Positions 39,276-51,949 of a stretch of DNA of 64,000 bases are shown one piece after another. The stretch is taken from contig OY968796.1 in NCBI GenBank assembly GCA_963695545.1, forward strand, positions 1,856,001-1,920,000, in the 5' to 3' direction. The notes under the pieces are model-generated. The model saw nothing but the letters and a program-made list of their open reading frames with translations. It did no database searches and was not told where the DNA came from. Within the stretch, counting starts at the first letter, position 1. Every line of letters starts with the position of its first letter. Position numbers and translations under genes: made by a program. Source of the DNA: Terriglobia bacterium. GTDB lineage: Bacteria; Acidobacteriota; Terriglobia; Acidiferrales; UBA7541.

Positions 39276-39627
39276 GTGCGGTGACCTCTCTCTAAGTCAT
39301 TCCCAAAATAAGAGCCGATCCAATTAAGGGACGCCTTGTCCCAAAACTCATATCCGACTACTTCTAGTTAGATGCTTTTGCTAGGAACCCGTTTGCTACC
39401 TAGTCTGTGAGGCCCTGCCCTCTACAGACAGGATACCGGCCCGCCGCTAAGTCCAAATTCTGCCATAGTTTCCCGTGGCTTGGGCCATAGGTCTACCGGG
39501 ATGTGCTCAAGCGGGACTTTTGGGGCCTGAATGGCGTTTTCGTGCAGCCAATGGGAGGCCGTCCTGGGCTAAACAATTGCCATTTAAATGGAGAGCAGCC
39601 GTTCAGAGAGGGCGATTAAGACAGCAA

Positions 39628-40809
39628 CTACTCGTTCAAGGCGGGCCTGAGTATCGCGACCGCGAAATGCGCTAAGTGCGAGGCACCCTCGTCCAGCTGC
39701 AGCCAGCGGACCACGCAGTAGTCTTTCAGATATTTCGGCGCTTTGGCCGCGGTGATGCCCAAGTGCTCGGCCAGCCGAACTCGCACGGGTTCGCTTTGCA
39801 CCGCAGGACCGCGGCCTCGACTTGCAGTTCGCAACAAATTGGCGATTCCGATCCGCAATGTCTGGCAGGCTTCGATGTAGTAGTACGTCGTCTGGTCGGA
39901 GTCCGAGAGAAGAAAAACGCCGGGTCCAGCCGGCGCGCTGGGTGCTTCTTCCACCGGGCTGGGCGTGGCCGCGAGCAGGCGTCGCAGTTGCGATTCGAGC
40001 GGCGCGAGACGCGAAGAAAGCGCGGGATCTCCCGGGCGGCCGCGCGGCAGGAATGACGTAGACCCCGGCGCAGAGTCGGGATCGCGCAAGAATGATACGG
40101 GCGCTTCCCGCCGTGCCGGAGGAACCGCGAACGGCGTGGCGCGCGGCAAGGCCTCTTCTTCGGCCGATTGATCTTGGGACGCCGTAGCCGGTGTGTGCGC
40201 GTTCTGTGCCGCTGCCGGCGCCGCGCCCGTTGGCGCGCCGGCTGCAGTCGCGCCTGGCTTGCGCCGGCGACCGCGTCCGCCGCGACGCCCGCGCCGGCGT
40301 TTTCGGCGCAGACCGCCTGGGCCTGGAGCGTCGGCCGGTTTGGCTTGCGCAGCAGCATCGGTTGCAGGTGGAGCATCTGCGGGTTCTGGGTGCACGCTGA
40401 AATCGCCTTCACCGAAAAGAGTGGGTTCGGGATCTGGGGTGTCCGAACTGAAATCGTCACCGCGCGGCTCCGCTGCGCCGACACTTCCAATTTCGGCGGG
40501 CTGCGACGATTCCGAGGCACCTGAAGTAGACACAGTGGCGGGATCCGGCACGGGCGGCACGGGCGCGCCGAGGCGCACCAGCGCGTCTTCGGCCTTCTTC
40601 TTCCATTCCGCGCGGCGGAACCGTTGCACGGCCACCGTGAACCATTCGACAGCCTGATCGCGATTTCCGACGCGCTCTTGAACCACGGCGAGCTCATAAG
40701 CGGCCATGGCGTCGCGCGTGCGCGAATAGAGCGCGGCGAGCTGCCCTGTCGGATCGGCGCTCGTTTTGGCTTTGCGGATGCGTGCTTGGACTTGCTGCCA
40801 ATTACCCAC
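39628..40809 (-). CDS. Hypothetical protein: helical N-terminus, disordered Arg/Gly-rich linker, degenerate GIY-YIG-like C-terminus
   Basis: RRKRRRGRRGGRGRRRK; PGVFLL...YYYIE...LR...LRPALN. Confidence 0.65.
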   Translation of the reverse strand: MGNWQQVQARIRKAKTSADPTGQLAALYSRTRDAMAAYELAVVQERVGNRDQAVEWFTVAVQRFRRAEWKKKAEDALVRLGAPVPPVPDPATVSTSGASESSQPAEIGSVGAAEPRGDDFSSDTPDPEPTLFGEGDFSVHPEPADAPPATDAAAQAKPADAPGPGGLRRKRRRGRRGGRGRRRKPGATAAGAPTGAAPAAAQNAHTPATASQDQSAEEEALPRATPFAVPPARREAPVSFLRDPDSAPGSTSFLPRGRPGDPALSSRLAPLESQLRRLLAATPSPVEEAPSAPAGPGVFLLSDSDQTTYYYIEACQTLRIGIANLLRTASRGRGPAVQSEPVRVRLAEHLGITAAKAPKYLKDYCVVRWLQLDEGASHLAHFAVAILRPALNE

Positions 40810-40901
40810 GGATCAACATTGTAGCAGCGCTGCGCGTCATGTGGTAGCGCCGCGGTGCCGGTGGAGGGACCCACGCGGGAGTCCGCCGGTTGGGCCCGTG
40901 G

Positions 40902-42560
40902 TCACGACGGCGGCTCGAGATCGACCGTGCGCAGGAATTGCGGCGGTTTGCGCGCCTGCGTCGTTTGCTCGAATGCGTACGCGATCTTGATTAATGTTGG
41001 TTCGCTCCACGCGCGTCCGAAGAACGAGATGCCCACGGGCAATCCGAAAACGAAGCCGGCAGGAACATTGATGTTAGGGTAGCCGGCGACGGCGGCGGGC
41101 GTAGAGCTGCCGCCGGTGTCGTGGTCACCGTCGACAAGATCGATCGGCCACGCTGGACCCGCGGTCGGCGCAACCAGTGCGTCGAGATTATGTTTGTCCA
41201 TCACGGCGTCGATCCCTTCCTGTCGCGCCATGCGATGATTTTTCGCCAAGGCATCGAGGTAGGTCTTATCCGTCAGCGGACCCTTCTTCTCCGATTGCTC
41301 CAGGATGTCCTGACCGAAATAGAAGAGTTCCTCTTGATGATGTCGTTCGTTGAACTCAATGATGTCTTTAAGCGAATTCATGGGCGCGTTGGGAAATTGC
41401 GCGAGGTATGCATTCAGGTCCGCCTTAAATTCGTATTGCAGAACGACCAATTCGGAATCGTCGAATTTGCCCAGGGTTTCGATCACCACGGGATCGATGA
41501 GCACCGCGCCTTCGGATTTCATCGCGTCGAGCGCCGCTTTCATCACGGGGACAACGTTGTCCGCGACCTCAAAAAGTTTTCGCACCACGCCGATGCGCGC
41601 GCCGCGCAGGCCGCCGCGATCGAGAAACTTCGTGTATTCCGGAAACGCTTTTCGTGCCGGGATTTTCGTGGCCGCGTCGTCGGGATCCACTCCGGCGATC
41701 GCGCTCAACAGTGCAGCAGCGTCGGTAACCGTGCGACAGATTGGTCCAGCCGTATCCTGGTTGCGCGAAATGGGAATAACACCCGCGCGGCTAACGAGGC
41801 CGACGGTCGGCTTGATGCCCACCACGCCGTTCATGGAAGACGGGCAGACAATTGAGCCATCTGTTTCCGTCCCGATCGTAATTGCCGCCAGATTCGCGGC
41901 CGCGGCCGCGCCGGAGCCGGAGCTTGATCCGCAGGGGTTGCGGTCGAGCACGTACGGATTGCGCGTTTGCCCGCCGCGCCCGCTCCAGCCGCTCGAGGAA
42001 TGGCTCGATCGGAAATTCGCCCACTCGCTCAGATTCGCTTTGCCGAGAATCACGGCGCCCGCTTCGCGCAGCCGCCGCGCGACGGCTGAATCGCGCGTTG
42101 GTGCAAAGCCTGAAAGCGCAAGCGAGCCTGCCGTCGTCATCATGCGATCCGACGTGCCGATGTTGTCTTTGATCAGCACCGGAATTCCGTGCAGCGGACC
42201 GCGCGGGCCCTTGTTCTTGCGTTCGGCGTCGAGCGCATCGGCGATGGAAAGCGCGTCGGGATTGATGTCGATTACGGCGTTTATGGACGGGCCTTGTTTA
42301 TCGACTTCCGCGATGCGATCGAGATATTTCTGCGCGATCGAACGCGCCGTGAATTTCCCGGACGTCATCCCATCCTGAAGGGCGACGACGGTGATCTCGT
42401 CGAGCTCAAACGGCCCGACGCCGCTAGATCGCGCTGAACTGCCCTCGCGCCCCGAGAGCGCAGGCACGATCGCTGACGCCGCGCCCAGAACGCCGGCGGC
42501 CCCGAGGAACTTCCGGCGGCTTAATTCGGCCGAATGGTTTTTCGATGCGCGCAAGAACAT
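40902..42560 (-). CDS. Amidase-signature enzyme with Tat signal peptide
   Basis: SRRKFL twin-arginine motif; GPLHGIPVLIKDN; GSSSGS; IGTETDGS. Confidence 0.93.
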   Translation of the reverse strand: MFLRASKNHSAELSRRKFLGAAGVLGAASAIVPALSGREGSSARSSGVGPFELDEITVVALQDGMTSGKFTARSIAQKYLDRIAEVDKQGPSINAVIDINPDALSIADALDAERKNKGPRGPLHGIPVLIKDNIGTSDRMMTTAGSLALSGFAPTRDSAVARRLREAGAVILGKANLSEWANFRSSHSSSGWSGRGGQTRNPYVLDRNPCGSSSGSGAAAAANLAAITIGTETDGSIVCPSSMNGVVGIKPTVGLVSRAGVIPISRNQDTAGPICRTVTDAAALLSAIAGVDPDDAATKIPARKAFPEYTKFLDRGGLRGARIGVVRKLFEVADNVVPVMKAALDAMKSEGAVLIDPVVIETLGKFDDSELVVLQYEFKADLNAYLAQFPNAPMNSLKDIIEFNERHHQEELFYFGQDILEQSEKKGPLTDKTYLDALAKNHRMARQEGIDAVMDKHNLDALVAPTAGPAWPIDLVDGDHDTGGSSTPAAVAGYPNINVPAGFVFGLPVGISFFGRAWSEPTLIKIAYAFEQTTQARKPPQFLRTVDLEPPS

Positions 42561-42603
42561 CGCTCCTTCACGTGTCGCCTGATTCGTTCAGCGTCTCGAA
42601 CGA

Positions 42604-42852
42604 TCAATGAAAGTGCGTGATCGCAAACACGATCGCCGCGCCGAGGCCCGCGAGAATAATGATCGCGCACACCCGCAACCACACCGGCCAGCTCAGCGCC
42701 GGAATTGGCGACGGAGACCGCGGCCGCCGGTAAGGCGCGGGCGGATCCAGAACCCCGGCGCTCGTGAATTTTCCGGGAGGCCGCCGGCCGCCGCGCGAGG
42801 AGGATGGCTCAGCTTCAGGCGCTTCTTCGTATTGAGTGAACTCGTGAGGCAT
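42604..42852 (-). CDS. Small Pro-rich protein with C-terminal TM anchor
   Basis: 82-aa ORF MPHEFT...CAIIILAGLGAAIVFAITHFH; TATAAT just upstream. Confidence 0.5.
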   Translation of the reverse strand: MPHEFTQYEEAPEAEPSSSRGGRRPPGKFTSAGVLDPPAPYRRPRSPSPIPALSWPVWLRVCAIIILAGLGAAIVFAITHFH

Positions 42853-42960
42853 GGCGCGGCTATTATAATCCCGATTCTGTTGGCGTCTCACGGGCGCGAA
42901 ATCTTGCCGCGCTTGGGTCCGTCGGCAGAAATTGCGGCGTTTACGGAGTGCGTTATTCAA

Positions 42961-44058
42961 ATGGTGAGCGATCGTACCGCCTACGTCGTTGAGCGCGCCC
43001 GCGCACTCGGATTCGATTTGTGCGGCGTGGCCGTCGCGAGCGAATTCCCGGAACTCGACCGGTTGCCGGAATGGCTCGCGCGCGGCTACGCGGGTGAGAT
43101 GCGCTACCTAGCGGATCCGCGCCGCGCGTCTCCTGTAGTGGCGATGCCGGGCGCGCGCAGCGTGATAGTGTGCGCGCTGAACTACAACACGGCGCAGCCG
43201 CGATCCACCGAGGCTGCAGCGAGTGTCGAATCCGGACGCGGTTGGATTTCGCGGTACGCCTGGGGCGAGGACTATCACCGCGTCTTGCTCGAGAAACTCG
43301 AAGCGTTGATTGCCGACCTGCGCCAGAAGATGGAGATCGAGGCGACGGAGGGCTTCGAGGCCCGCGCATACGTAGACACCGGACCCGTCGTCGAGCGCGT
43401 GGCCGCCAAGCATGCCGGGCTCGGCTGGCTTGCAAAGAACACGTGTCTGATCAATTCCGAGCTTGGCTCGTGGCTGTTTCTCGGCGTGATCCTGACGACA
43501 CTTAAGCTTGCGCCGTCTGTAGGTGCCGCCGAACCGCCGCCGGCCGACCTCTGCGGAAATTGCCGGCTGTGTCTGGACGCGTGTCCCACCGGCGCGTTGG
43601 TCGAGCCGTACGTGCTCGATGCACGTCTCTGCATCTCGTATCTCACGATCGAACTGCGCGGTTCGATTCCCCTCGAATTGCGCGCGCCGATCGGCCGCAA
43701 CGTTTTCGGCTGCGATATCTGCCAGGACGTTTGCCCGTGGAATCATCGATCGCCGGTCGGCTCAGCGCCGGAGTTTGGACCGCGCACGGTACAGGACGAA
43801 TCGCTAGCCGCTCCCCCGCTTGAATTTCTTCTCGGCCTTACGGAAACCGAGTTCCGCGATGCATTTCGCGCAAGCGCCGTGCGCCGCACGAAGTGGCGCG
43901 GCTTGATCCGAAACGCGTGTGTCGCTGCCGGCAATTCCGGCCTCGCGCCCGGCGACCCGGGCCACGCCGAGATCGTGCATCGTCTGCAGCGACTGGCGGA
44001 GTCTGAAGATTCTCTCATCGCCGAACACGCCCAATGGGCGCTCTGTCGCATCCAATGA
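42961..44058 (+). CDS. queG: tRNA epoxyqueuosine(34) reductase
   Basis: ISRYAWGEDYH, YVDTGPVVER, CGNCRLCLDACPT, CISYLTIE, GCDICQDVCPWN. Confidence 0.95.
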   Translation: MVSDRTAYVVERARALGFDLCGVAVASEFPELDRLPEWLARGYAGEMRYLADPRRASPVVAMPGARSVIVCALNYNTAQPRSTEAAASVESGRGWISRYAWGEDYHRVLLEKLEALIADLRQKMEIEATEGFEARAYVDTGPVVERVAAKHAGLGWLAKNTCLINSELGSWLFLGVILTTLKLAPSVGAAEPPPADLCGNCRLCLDACPTGALVEPYVLDARLCISYLTIELRGSIPLELRAPIGRNVFGCDICQDVCPWNHRSPVGSAPEFGPRTVQDESLAAPPLEFLLGLTETEFRDAFRASAVRRTKWRGLIRNACVAAGNSGLAPGDPGHAEIVHRLQRLAESEDSLIAEHAQWALCRIQ

Positions 44059-44098
44059 ATGCTTGAAACCGCGATTGCGGTGGGGAATTGCCGCGACG

Positions 44099-44128
44099 TT
44101 GAGGCAGACCGCGCCGGGGCGCTATAAT
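44099..44128 (+). promoter_or_regulatory. Candidate sigma70 promoter upstream of sodA
   Basis: TTGAGG-N18-TATAAT. Confidence 0.45.
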
Positions 44129-44267
44129 TTAGGTGCTGGAACGCGGCCAGCCAGTTCTGCGAGAGGTCCGCATGAATCGAAGAAAGTTTCCCTTGCGAAC
44201 CGGAGTCCTCGCCGCAACCCCCAATGAGTTTCACGAGAAATCAAAATCTAGTTCGGAGGAATAACAC

Positions 44268-44879
44268 GTGCCTTTTACATTGCCGCCGCTGCCGTATGGG
44301 TTTGACGCACTTGAGCCATACATCGATGCCAAGACCATGGAGATTCACCACGACAAGCACCACGCCGCCTACGTCAACAATCTGAATAAAGCGCTGGAGT
44401 CGCATCCGGACTTGCAAAGCAAGACTCTCGAGCAGTTACTCTCCAGCCTCGATTCACTTCCAGAAGCGATTCGGGGCGCGGTTCGCAACAACGCCGGCGG
44501 CCACTGGAACCACTCGTTTTTCTGGCCGCTCATGAAAGTCAATAACGGCGCCGGTCCGACGGGAGAGTTGGCCACGGCTATCAACTCGACCTTCGGCTCT
44601 TTCGCCGACTTCAAGACGAAGTTGGCGGCCGCAGGCGCGGGCCGATTCGGCTCCGGATGGGCCTGGCTGCTGGTCAAGGGCGGGAAGCTTGTCGTCGACT
44701 CGACGCCGAATCAGGACACGCCGATCTCGCTTGGCGGCACGGCTGTGATTGGCGTCGACGTCTGGGAGCACGCGTACTATTTGAAGTATCAGAACCGCCG
44801 GCCGGATTACATCGAGGCTTGGTGGAACGTCGTCAACTGGGATGCCGCCGCGAAGAATTACGCCGCGGCCAAGAAGTAG
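44268..44879 (+). CDS. sodA: Superoxide dismutase (Mn-type likely)
   Basis: [23 protein letters not shown]. Confidence 0.95.
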   Translation: MPFTLPPLPYGFDALEPYIDAKTMEIHHDKHHAAYVNNLNKALESHPDLQSKTLEQLLSSLDSLPEAIRGAVRNNAGGHWNHSFFWPLMKVNNGAGPTGELATAINSTFGSFADFKTKLAAAGAGRFGSGWAWLLVKGGKLVVDSTPNQDTPISLGGTAVIGVDVWEHAYYLKYQNRRPDYIEAWWNVVNWDAAAKNYAAAKK

Positions 44880-45070
44880 GCGCGACGCACTTCCGGCCCG
44901 CGCCGGGCGACAACTCGAAGACGTAATCGGCCCGCCGGGGCGAAATTCCATTCGCCCGCGCGGGCCGTTTGCTTGATCACGCGCGGCGCTCGCAAGCCAG
45001 AATGCTGATTAGGTAATCGCGAATCGCGCGCCCGTTTACGCCAAGCAGCGAATCCGACACAATCTCTCGC

Positions 45071-46675
45071 GTGATACAACGCCAAACCACATCGGCGCTG
45101 GGGCGCAAGATCGCGCAGTCCACCGGAATCGTGATGGCCAGCGTGCTTCTCAGCCGCGTGCTCGGATATTTGCGCGATTGGGAGGTGGCTCACAAGATCG
45201 GCGCGAGCGCCATCACCGATAGTTACTACGCCGCGTTCACTTTGCCCGACTTCTTGAACTATCTCGTCGCGGCAGGTTCTCTCAGCCTGACGTTCATTCC
45301 GGTTTTCTCAAAATACCTGGCCGAAGATCGGGAAGAGGAAGGCTGGAAGGTGTTCTCCATCGTGACCTGCGCCATGGGTTTGTTGCTCGTGGCGTTCGTG
45401 CTTATCGCCGAATTGTATGCGCCACGCTTGGTATCGCTGATAGCGCCGGGCTTCGGACCCTCGGAAAAAACGCTTGTCGTTTTCCTGACGCGCGTGATGT
45501 TGCCCGCCCAGTTTTGCTTCTTCATGGGCGGCGTTCTGAGCGCCGTGCAATACGCCAAAGGTGAATTCATCGTGCCGTCGCTGGCGCCGCTCGTTTACAA
45601 CACCGGCATCATTCTCGGCGGCGTCCTGTTGGCTTCCCGCATCGGGATCACAGGGTTCACGGTCGGAGTGGTGGCCGGGGCGACCGCCGGAAACTTCCTG
45701 CTGCAGGTCTACGGCGCCATTCGCGTCGGCGCGAAATTCACGCCATCACTCGACATTCGGCATCCCGGATTCATCATGTTCGTGAAGCTCGCGATTCCCA
45801 TCATGCTCGCGCTATCGCTTCCTTTCACCGACGACTGGGTTATCCGCTGGTTCGGATCCTATCTCCACCCCGCTTCGATCACTTGGCTCTACTACGCCAA
45901 AATGTTGATGCGCGTTCCGCTCGGAGTTGTGGGCCAGGCGATCGGAGTCGCTTCGTTCCCCGTGCTTGCGCACCTCTATTCCGAGGGGCGCTTGGACGAG
46001 ATGAATCGAATGCTCCATGCGACGATGAAAGGCCTGGTTCTGATCCTGGTGCCGATCGCCGCTTTGACCATGGCAGAAAGTCGCCCCTTGCTGCATCTGG
46101 TGTTTTCGCACACGCGTCTGCACGAATCGGATTTGAACGCCACCGCAACGACGTTGGTCCTTTTCTCCCTCGGAATGTTCGGCTGGGGCGCGCAGGGAAT
46201 ATTGGCGCGCGGATTTTACGCCACGCACGATACGATCACTCCGGCCGTGGTCGGGACGTTGATGGCCTTCGCCACTCTTCCACTCTATTGGTTGGGTGTG
46301 CGCCATGCGCAGCACCTGGGCTTGGCGCTTGCAAGTTCCGTGGGCATCACGATCTACACCATCCTGCTGTTCGTTTTGCTGATTCGCCGTACGCGCGACC
46401 ATCAGGCTGGCGAACTGCTTTGGTTCACCGCGAAAATCATGCTTGCGTCGGCCGTTAGCGGACTCGCGAGCTGGAAATTCTCGGATTGGCTGGGCAGCCA
46501 CATCGCATGGCGCACCATGCACGGCGCCTTTGTGGATGTTTCGATCGTGAGCGCGCTCGGAATCGCGCTGACCACGCTGTGCATTTGGGCTTTGCGCGTG
46601 CCGGAGCTTGCGATCTACGCGCGCCGCATTTATCGCGGCAGCACGCGCGTGACCGTGGGAGACACAAGTTCGTAG
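45071..46675 (+). CDS. murJ: Lipid II flippase MurJ (MviN)
   Basis: SRVLGYLRD, AAFTLPD, FIPVF, RGFYATHDTITP. Confidence 0.9.
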   Translation: MIQRQTTSALGRKIAQSTGIVMASVLLSRVLGYLRDWEVAHKIGASAITDSYYAAFTLPDFLNYLVAAGSLSLTFIPVFSKYLAEDREEEGWKVFSIVTCAMGLLLVAFVLIAELYAPRLVSLIAPGFGPSEKTLVVFLTRVMLPAQFCFFMGGVLSAVQYAKGEFIVPSLAPLVYNTGIILGGVLLASRIGITGFTVGVVAGATAGNFLLQVYGAIRVGAKFTPSLDIRHPGFIMFVKLAIPIMLALSLPFTDDWVIRWFGSYLHPASITWLYYAKMLMRVPLGVVGQAIGVASFPVLAHLYSEGRLDEMNRMLHATMKGLVLILVPIAALTMAESRPLLHLVFSHTRLHESDLNATATTLVLFSLGMFGWGAQGILARGFYATHDTITPAVVGTLMAFATLPLYWLGVRHAQHLGLALASSVGITIYTILLFVLLIRRTRDHQAGELLWFTAKIMLASAVSGLASWKFSDWLGSHIAWRTMHGAFVDVSIVSALGIALTTLCIWALRVPELAIYARRIYRGSTRVTVGDTSS

Positions 46676-47823
46676 CGCACCCCGCGCCACGCGATGCGCC
46701 GCGTCGTCGCGGACACCAGGTGATTCCACAGCGAGACCAGCGGAACCAGCGGTGCCAGCACCGTCCAGATCCATCCGTTTGCCAGCAGCTGTTTTTTCCA
46801 TTCCGGCAAAAGCTCGATTACCGCAACCAATCGCAGCATACCCCGCACCACGGCCAGCAGCGGCGGCAGCGACATCAGCGTCAAGATCTGGAACATCGGC
46901 GCGCCGGTCAGCAAATCCCCCGCGGCGATGGTAACTCCCAGCACCAACATCGTGGCGTAAATCAAATGCGCAAAGCCGCCGCGCCACCACAGGCGCGGTT
47001 CATAGATCCGCGTCACGATCATCTGCCGGTTGGTGAACTCGAAAAATCCGCCCGCGGTCGTCGCCGCGATCGTCGGCACCAGGCATTCCGGCACAAAGCG
47101 AATCGGCGCATTCGCGCCGCGCAGAACTCGCGTGAGCACAAGATCGTCGCTCGCCGCGCCTTGCCAGCTTGCCATCACGTGCAGCGATTCAAACGTTTCC
47201 CGGCGAATCGCCGTGCCCCCGCCCCAGCAGAAATTGTTGCCGTGCTGGCCGAGAAACGTCGCCACCGGCGCGTTCCACGCGGAAAGCATCGCGTTCCAGA
47301 AACCGCCGCGCTCCACCATGTACCAGCGGAACGTCGTCGCCGCTCCCAAGCTTGGCGCCGCGAGCGGACCCACGAGACGCTTCAGCCACCCGCGCGAGGG
47401 CCTTCCATCGGAATCGCAGAAAACGAACGCATCAAAGCGCCCGCCCACGCGATCGATCGCCACGCGCAAATTGTTCACTTTTTCCGAGCACTGTTGCGGT
47501 TTCCCGGCCAGAATCACTTGCGCGGGCGTCTTGCTCTTCGTCGCCACGAGCGTGGCCAGATTGTGCGCGGGATCGTCGAGGCTCGCCAGAATAAAAAAGA
47601 TTTCGTAATTCGGATAATCGAAGCGCGTCAGCGCCGTGAGGTTCTGCTCAAGTCCGGGCTCGAGACCTTTGACCGGGCAGAACACCGCAACCGTCGGTGT
47701 GTAAAATCCCGGATCACTCGCCGTGCCGTGCTGTGCCGCGCGCAGCCACCGAAATGAATCCCACAGGTTGTAAATCCCCTGAAGGATTTGCTCGATCGCC
47801 AGAATGTAGAAGAGTACCAGCAT
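46630..47823 (-). CDS. Membrane GT2 glycosyltransferase (ceramide glucosyltransferase/HpnI-like)
   Basis: PVKG, YPNYEI, KVNNL, DSD, WGG, SDD, RQ, terminal WRG.RY. Confidence 0.85.
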   Translation of the reverse strand: MLVLFYILAIEQILQGIYNLWDSFRWLRAAQHGTASDPGFYTPTVAVFCPVKGLEPGLEQNLTALTRFDYPNYEIFFILASLDDPAHNLATLVATKSKTPAQVILAGKPQQCSEKVNNLRVAIDRVGGRFDAFVFCDSDGRPSRGWLKRLVGPLAAPSLGAATTFRWYMVERGGFWNAMLSAWNAPVATFLGQHGNNFCWGGGTAIRRETFESLHVMASWQGAASDDLVLTRVLRGANAPIRFVPECLVPTIAATTAGGFFEFTNRQMIVTRIYEPRLWWRGGFAHLIYATMLVLGVTIAAGDLLTGAPMFQILTLMSLPPLLAVVRGMLRLVAVIELLPEWKKQLLANGWIWTVLAPLVPLVSLWNHLVSATTRRIAWRGVRYELVSPTVTRVLPR

Positions 47824-47964
47824 CGCCACGCGCAATCGAGGATAGCAGATACCTGCGCTCGCAAGTGTTTGTTGCGGCACGATGCGGCTAAAATTACAGC
47901 GCCACCGAAGTGGGCTCGCGGATAAAATCTCTGCGAACTCATCTCCAGCCGGAGGACGCATACA

Positions 47965-48324
47965 ATGTCGCCCGAGAGCAACACACTGATCAGCGCGAGT
48001 CTCGTTACCGGGGCCTTCGAGCTGCCTGGCTACCGCGTCGTCCGGAATTGCGGGATTGTGCGCGGCATCGTGGTGCGTTCGCGCAGCTTGCTCGGCAATT
48101 TCGCGGCCGGCTTGCAGACCATCGTCGGCGGCAATATCACCGTGCTGACCGAGCTGTGCGAGAACACGCGCGAAGAAGCTTACGATTTAATGGTGGAACA
48201 CGCCGTCGAGCACGGCGCCAACGCCATAATTGGCATGCGCTACGACGCGACCGAGATCATGCAGGGCGTTACGGAAGTGCTGGCCTACGGCACGGCCGTG
48301 CGCGTCGAGCCGGCCTCAAGTTAG
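47965..48324 (+). CDS. YbjQ/UPF0145 family protein
   Basis: GIVRGIVVRSR, GANAIIGMRYD, EVLAYGTAV. Confidence 0.92.
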   Translation: MSPESNTLISASLVTGAFELPGYRVVRNCGIVRGIVVRSRSLLGNFAAGLQTIVGGNITVLTELCENTREEAYDLMVEHAVEHGANAIIGMRYDATEIMQGVTEVLAYGTAVRVEPASS

Positions 48325-48352
48325 TGTAGCGGCGGACTTAGCTTGTCGCCGG

Positions 48353-48982
48353 CTAACGCGCTTCGCGGATGCCCAGCGTGCGCGCCAGAATTTTCCCTGC
48401 CGCGCGAACCAATTCATTCTGAAAACGATCGGCTGCGCGCCTCGCCTTCTCCATCATCGAAGGGTCCAGAAGCAGCGCGCATCGATCCGGGAACGGAAAC
48501 CGCTCATGCGCCGCCGATTTGCGTGCCGCCGCGGCCTTGCCGCCGCGCAATGCGCCGCTCGCCGCAGTGTGCTGCGGGCCCATGCGCACATAGAGATCGA
48601 GGTCCCGCAGGAATTCCGCCAAGTCTTCGGCCGACCAGCGCTCCATCCGGCCCAGCGCGTAGAAAAATTGATCGAAGAACGCGTCCGCGGCCAACGCCTG
48701 CTCCTCGGCGAGTTCCGCGCCGCGGCGCTTGCCAAAAAATCGCGGCAATTGCTCGCGCACTTCAATGATCATGGCCAGCAGGGCTTCGCGGCCGATGATC
48801 GTCTCGAGCTCGCGCGCCTGCGCCGTGGTTGCGGCCACGGCTTTGCGATCGAATTCCCGTGCGTATCCGGCGACGAAGTTTCTCACCATGCCGTCGCGCT
48901 CAAGCGCGTGGCAAAGAGCCTGCGCAACGGCGCCGCCGTAGGACGGAAACAGTTTTCGAGCAGCGGGCATCGTGCGGCGCAC
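48353..48982 (-). CDS. Hypothetical protein
   Basis: 209-aa ORF with natural helical composition filling the gap; F.DRCALLLDPSM. Confidence 0.6.
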   Translation of the reverse strand: MRRTMPAARKLFPSYGGAVAQALCHALERDGMVRNFVAGYAREFDRKAVAATTAQARELETIIGREALLAMIIEVREQLPRFFGKRRGAELAEEQALAADAFFDQFFYALGRMERWSAEDLAEFLRDLDLYVRMGPQHTAASGALRGGKAAAARKSAAHERFPFPDRCALLLDPSMMEKARRAADRFQNELVRAAGKILARTLGIREAR

Positions 48983-49070
48983 CGGTGAGTCAGCAGTCGA
49001 TCGGAGACCGTTTCATTCTATCGAGAGAGGAGCCAAACGCGAAGTAGCGGAATCCGGAAAGGCGTGGAGC

Positions 49071-49103
49071 AAAAGAAAAAGGGGCGAACAAATCGTTCGC
49101 CCC
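49071..49103 (-). terminator. Rho-independent terminator of lon
   Basis: GGGGCGAAC / GTTCGCCCC stem with an adjacent A run on the + strand (U tract on minus). Confidence 0.85.
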
Positions 49104-49130
49104 CGGTCAACGTTTAAGTTAATTTTCGCC

Positions 49131-51554
<2,424 letters not shown>

Positions 51555-51949
51555 ATGACCCCCTGGTCTAAGCCTCAAACAAATGTCAATTCAAATACAA
51601 TACAGCACTCGATCTGCCAATTGGATGCAGGCAGTTCTGGAAACGTTGCGAAATTTCCGTAAATCACTGATACAAAATGTGAGTTTATAATACTAAACTA
51701 TTCGATTCTTGCAAACGCAAAAAGATTCCGTTCTATCCTATTCATTACAAGTGGTTAATGCACCTATTGGCGGGCGGTACCGTTTTGATCCGGCACCCGA
51801 CCCTGTCTAGGTCCCCACAAACTTAATCGGGTGTACGCAGATTTTGGTCCCTCAGAAACAGCCCCCCAGGTATAGGGTGGCCCGCCGACGGCCTCCGTGC
51901 CGGACTCGGTACCGATCTGAACATCTGTGGGGGTCGACGGGGACCGGTG

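Noticed and set aside
46630..46675. 46-bp 3' overlap of convergent murJ and GT2 genes as a regulatory feature
   Set aside because: Short convergent overlaps are common in compact GC-rich genomes
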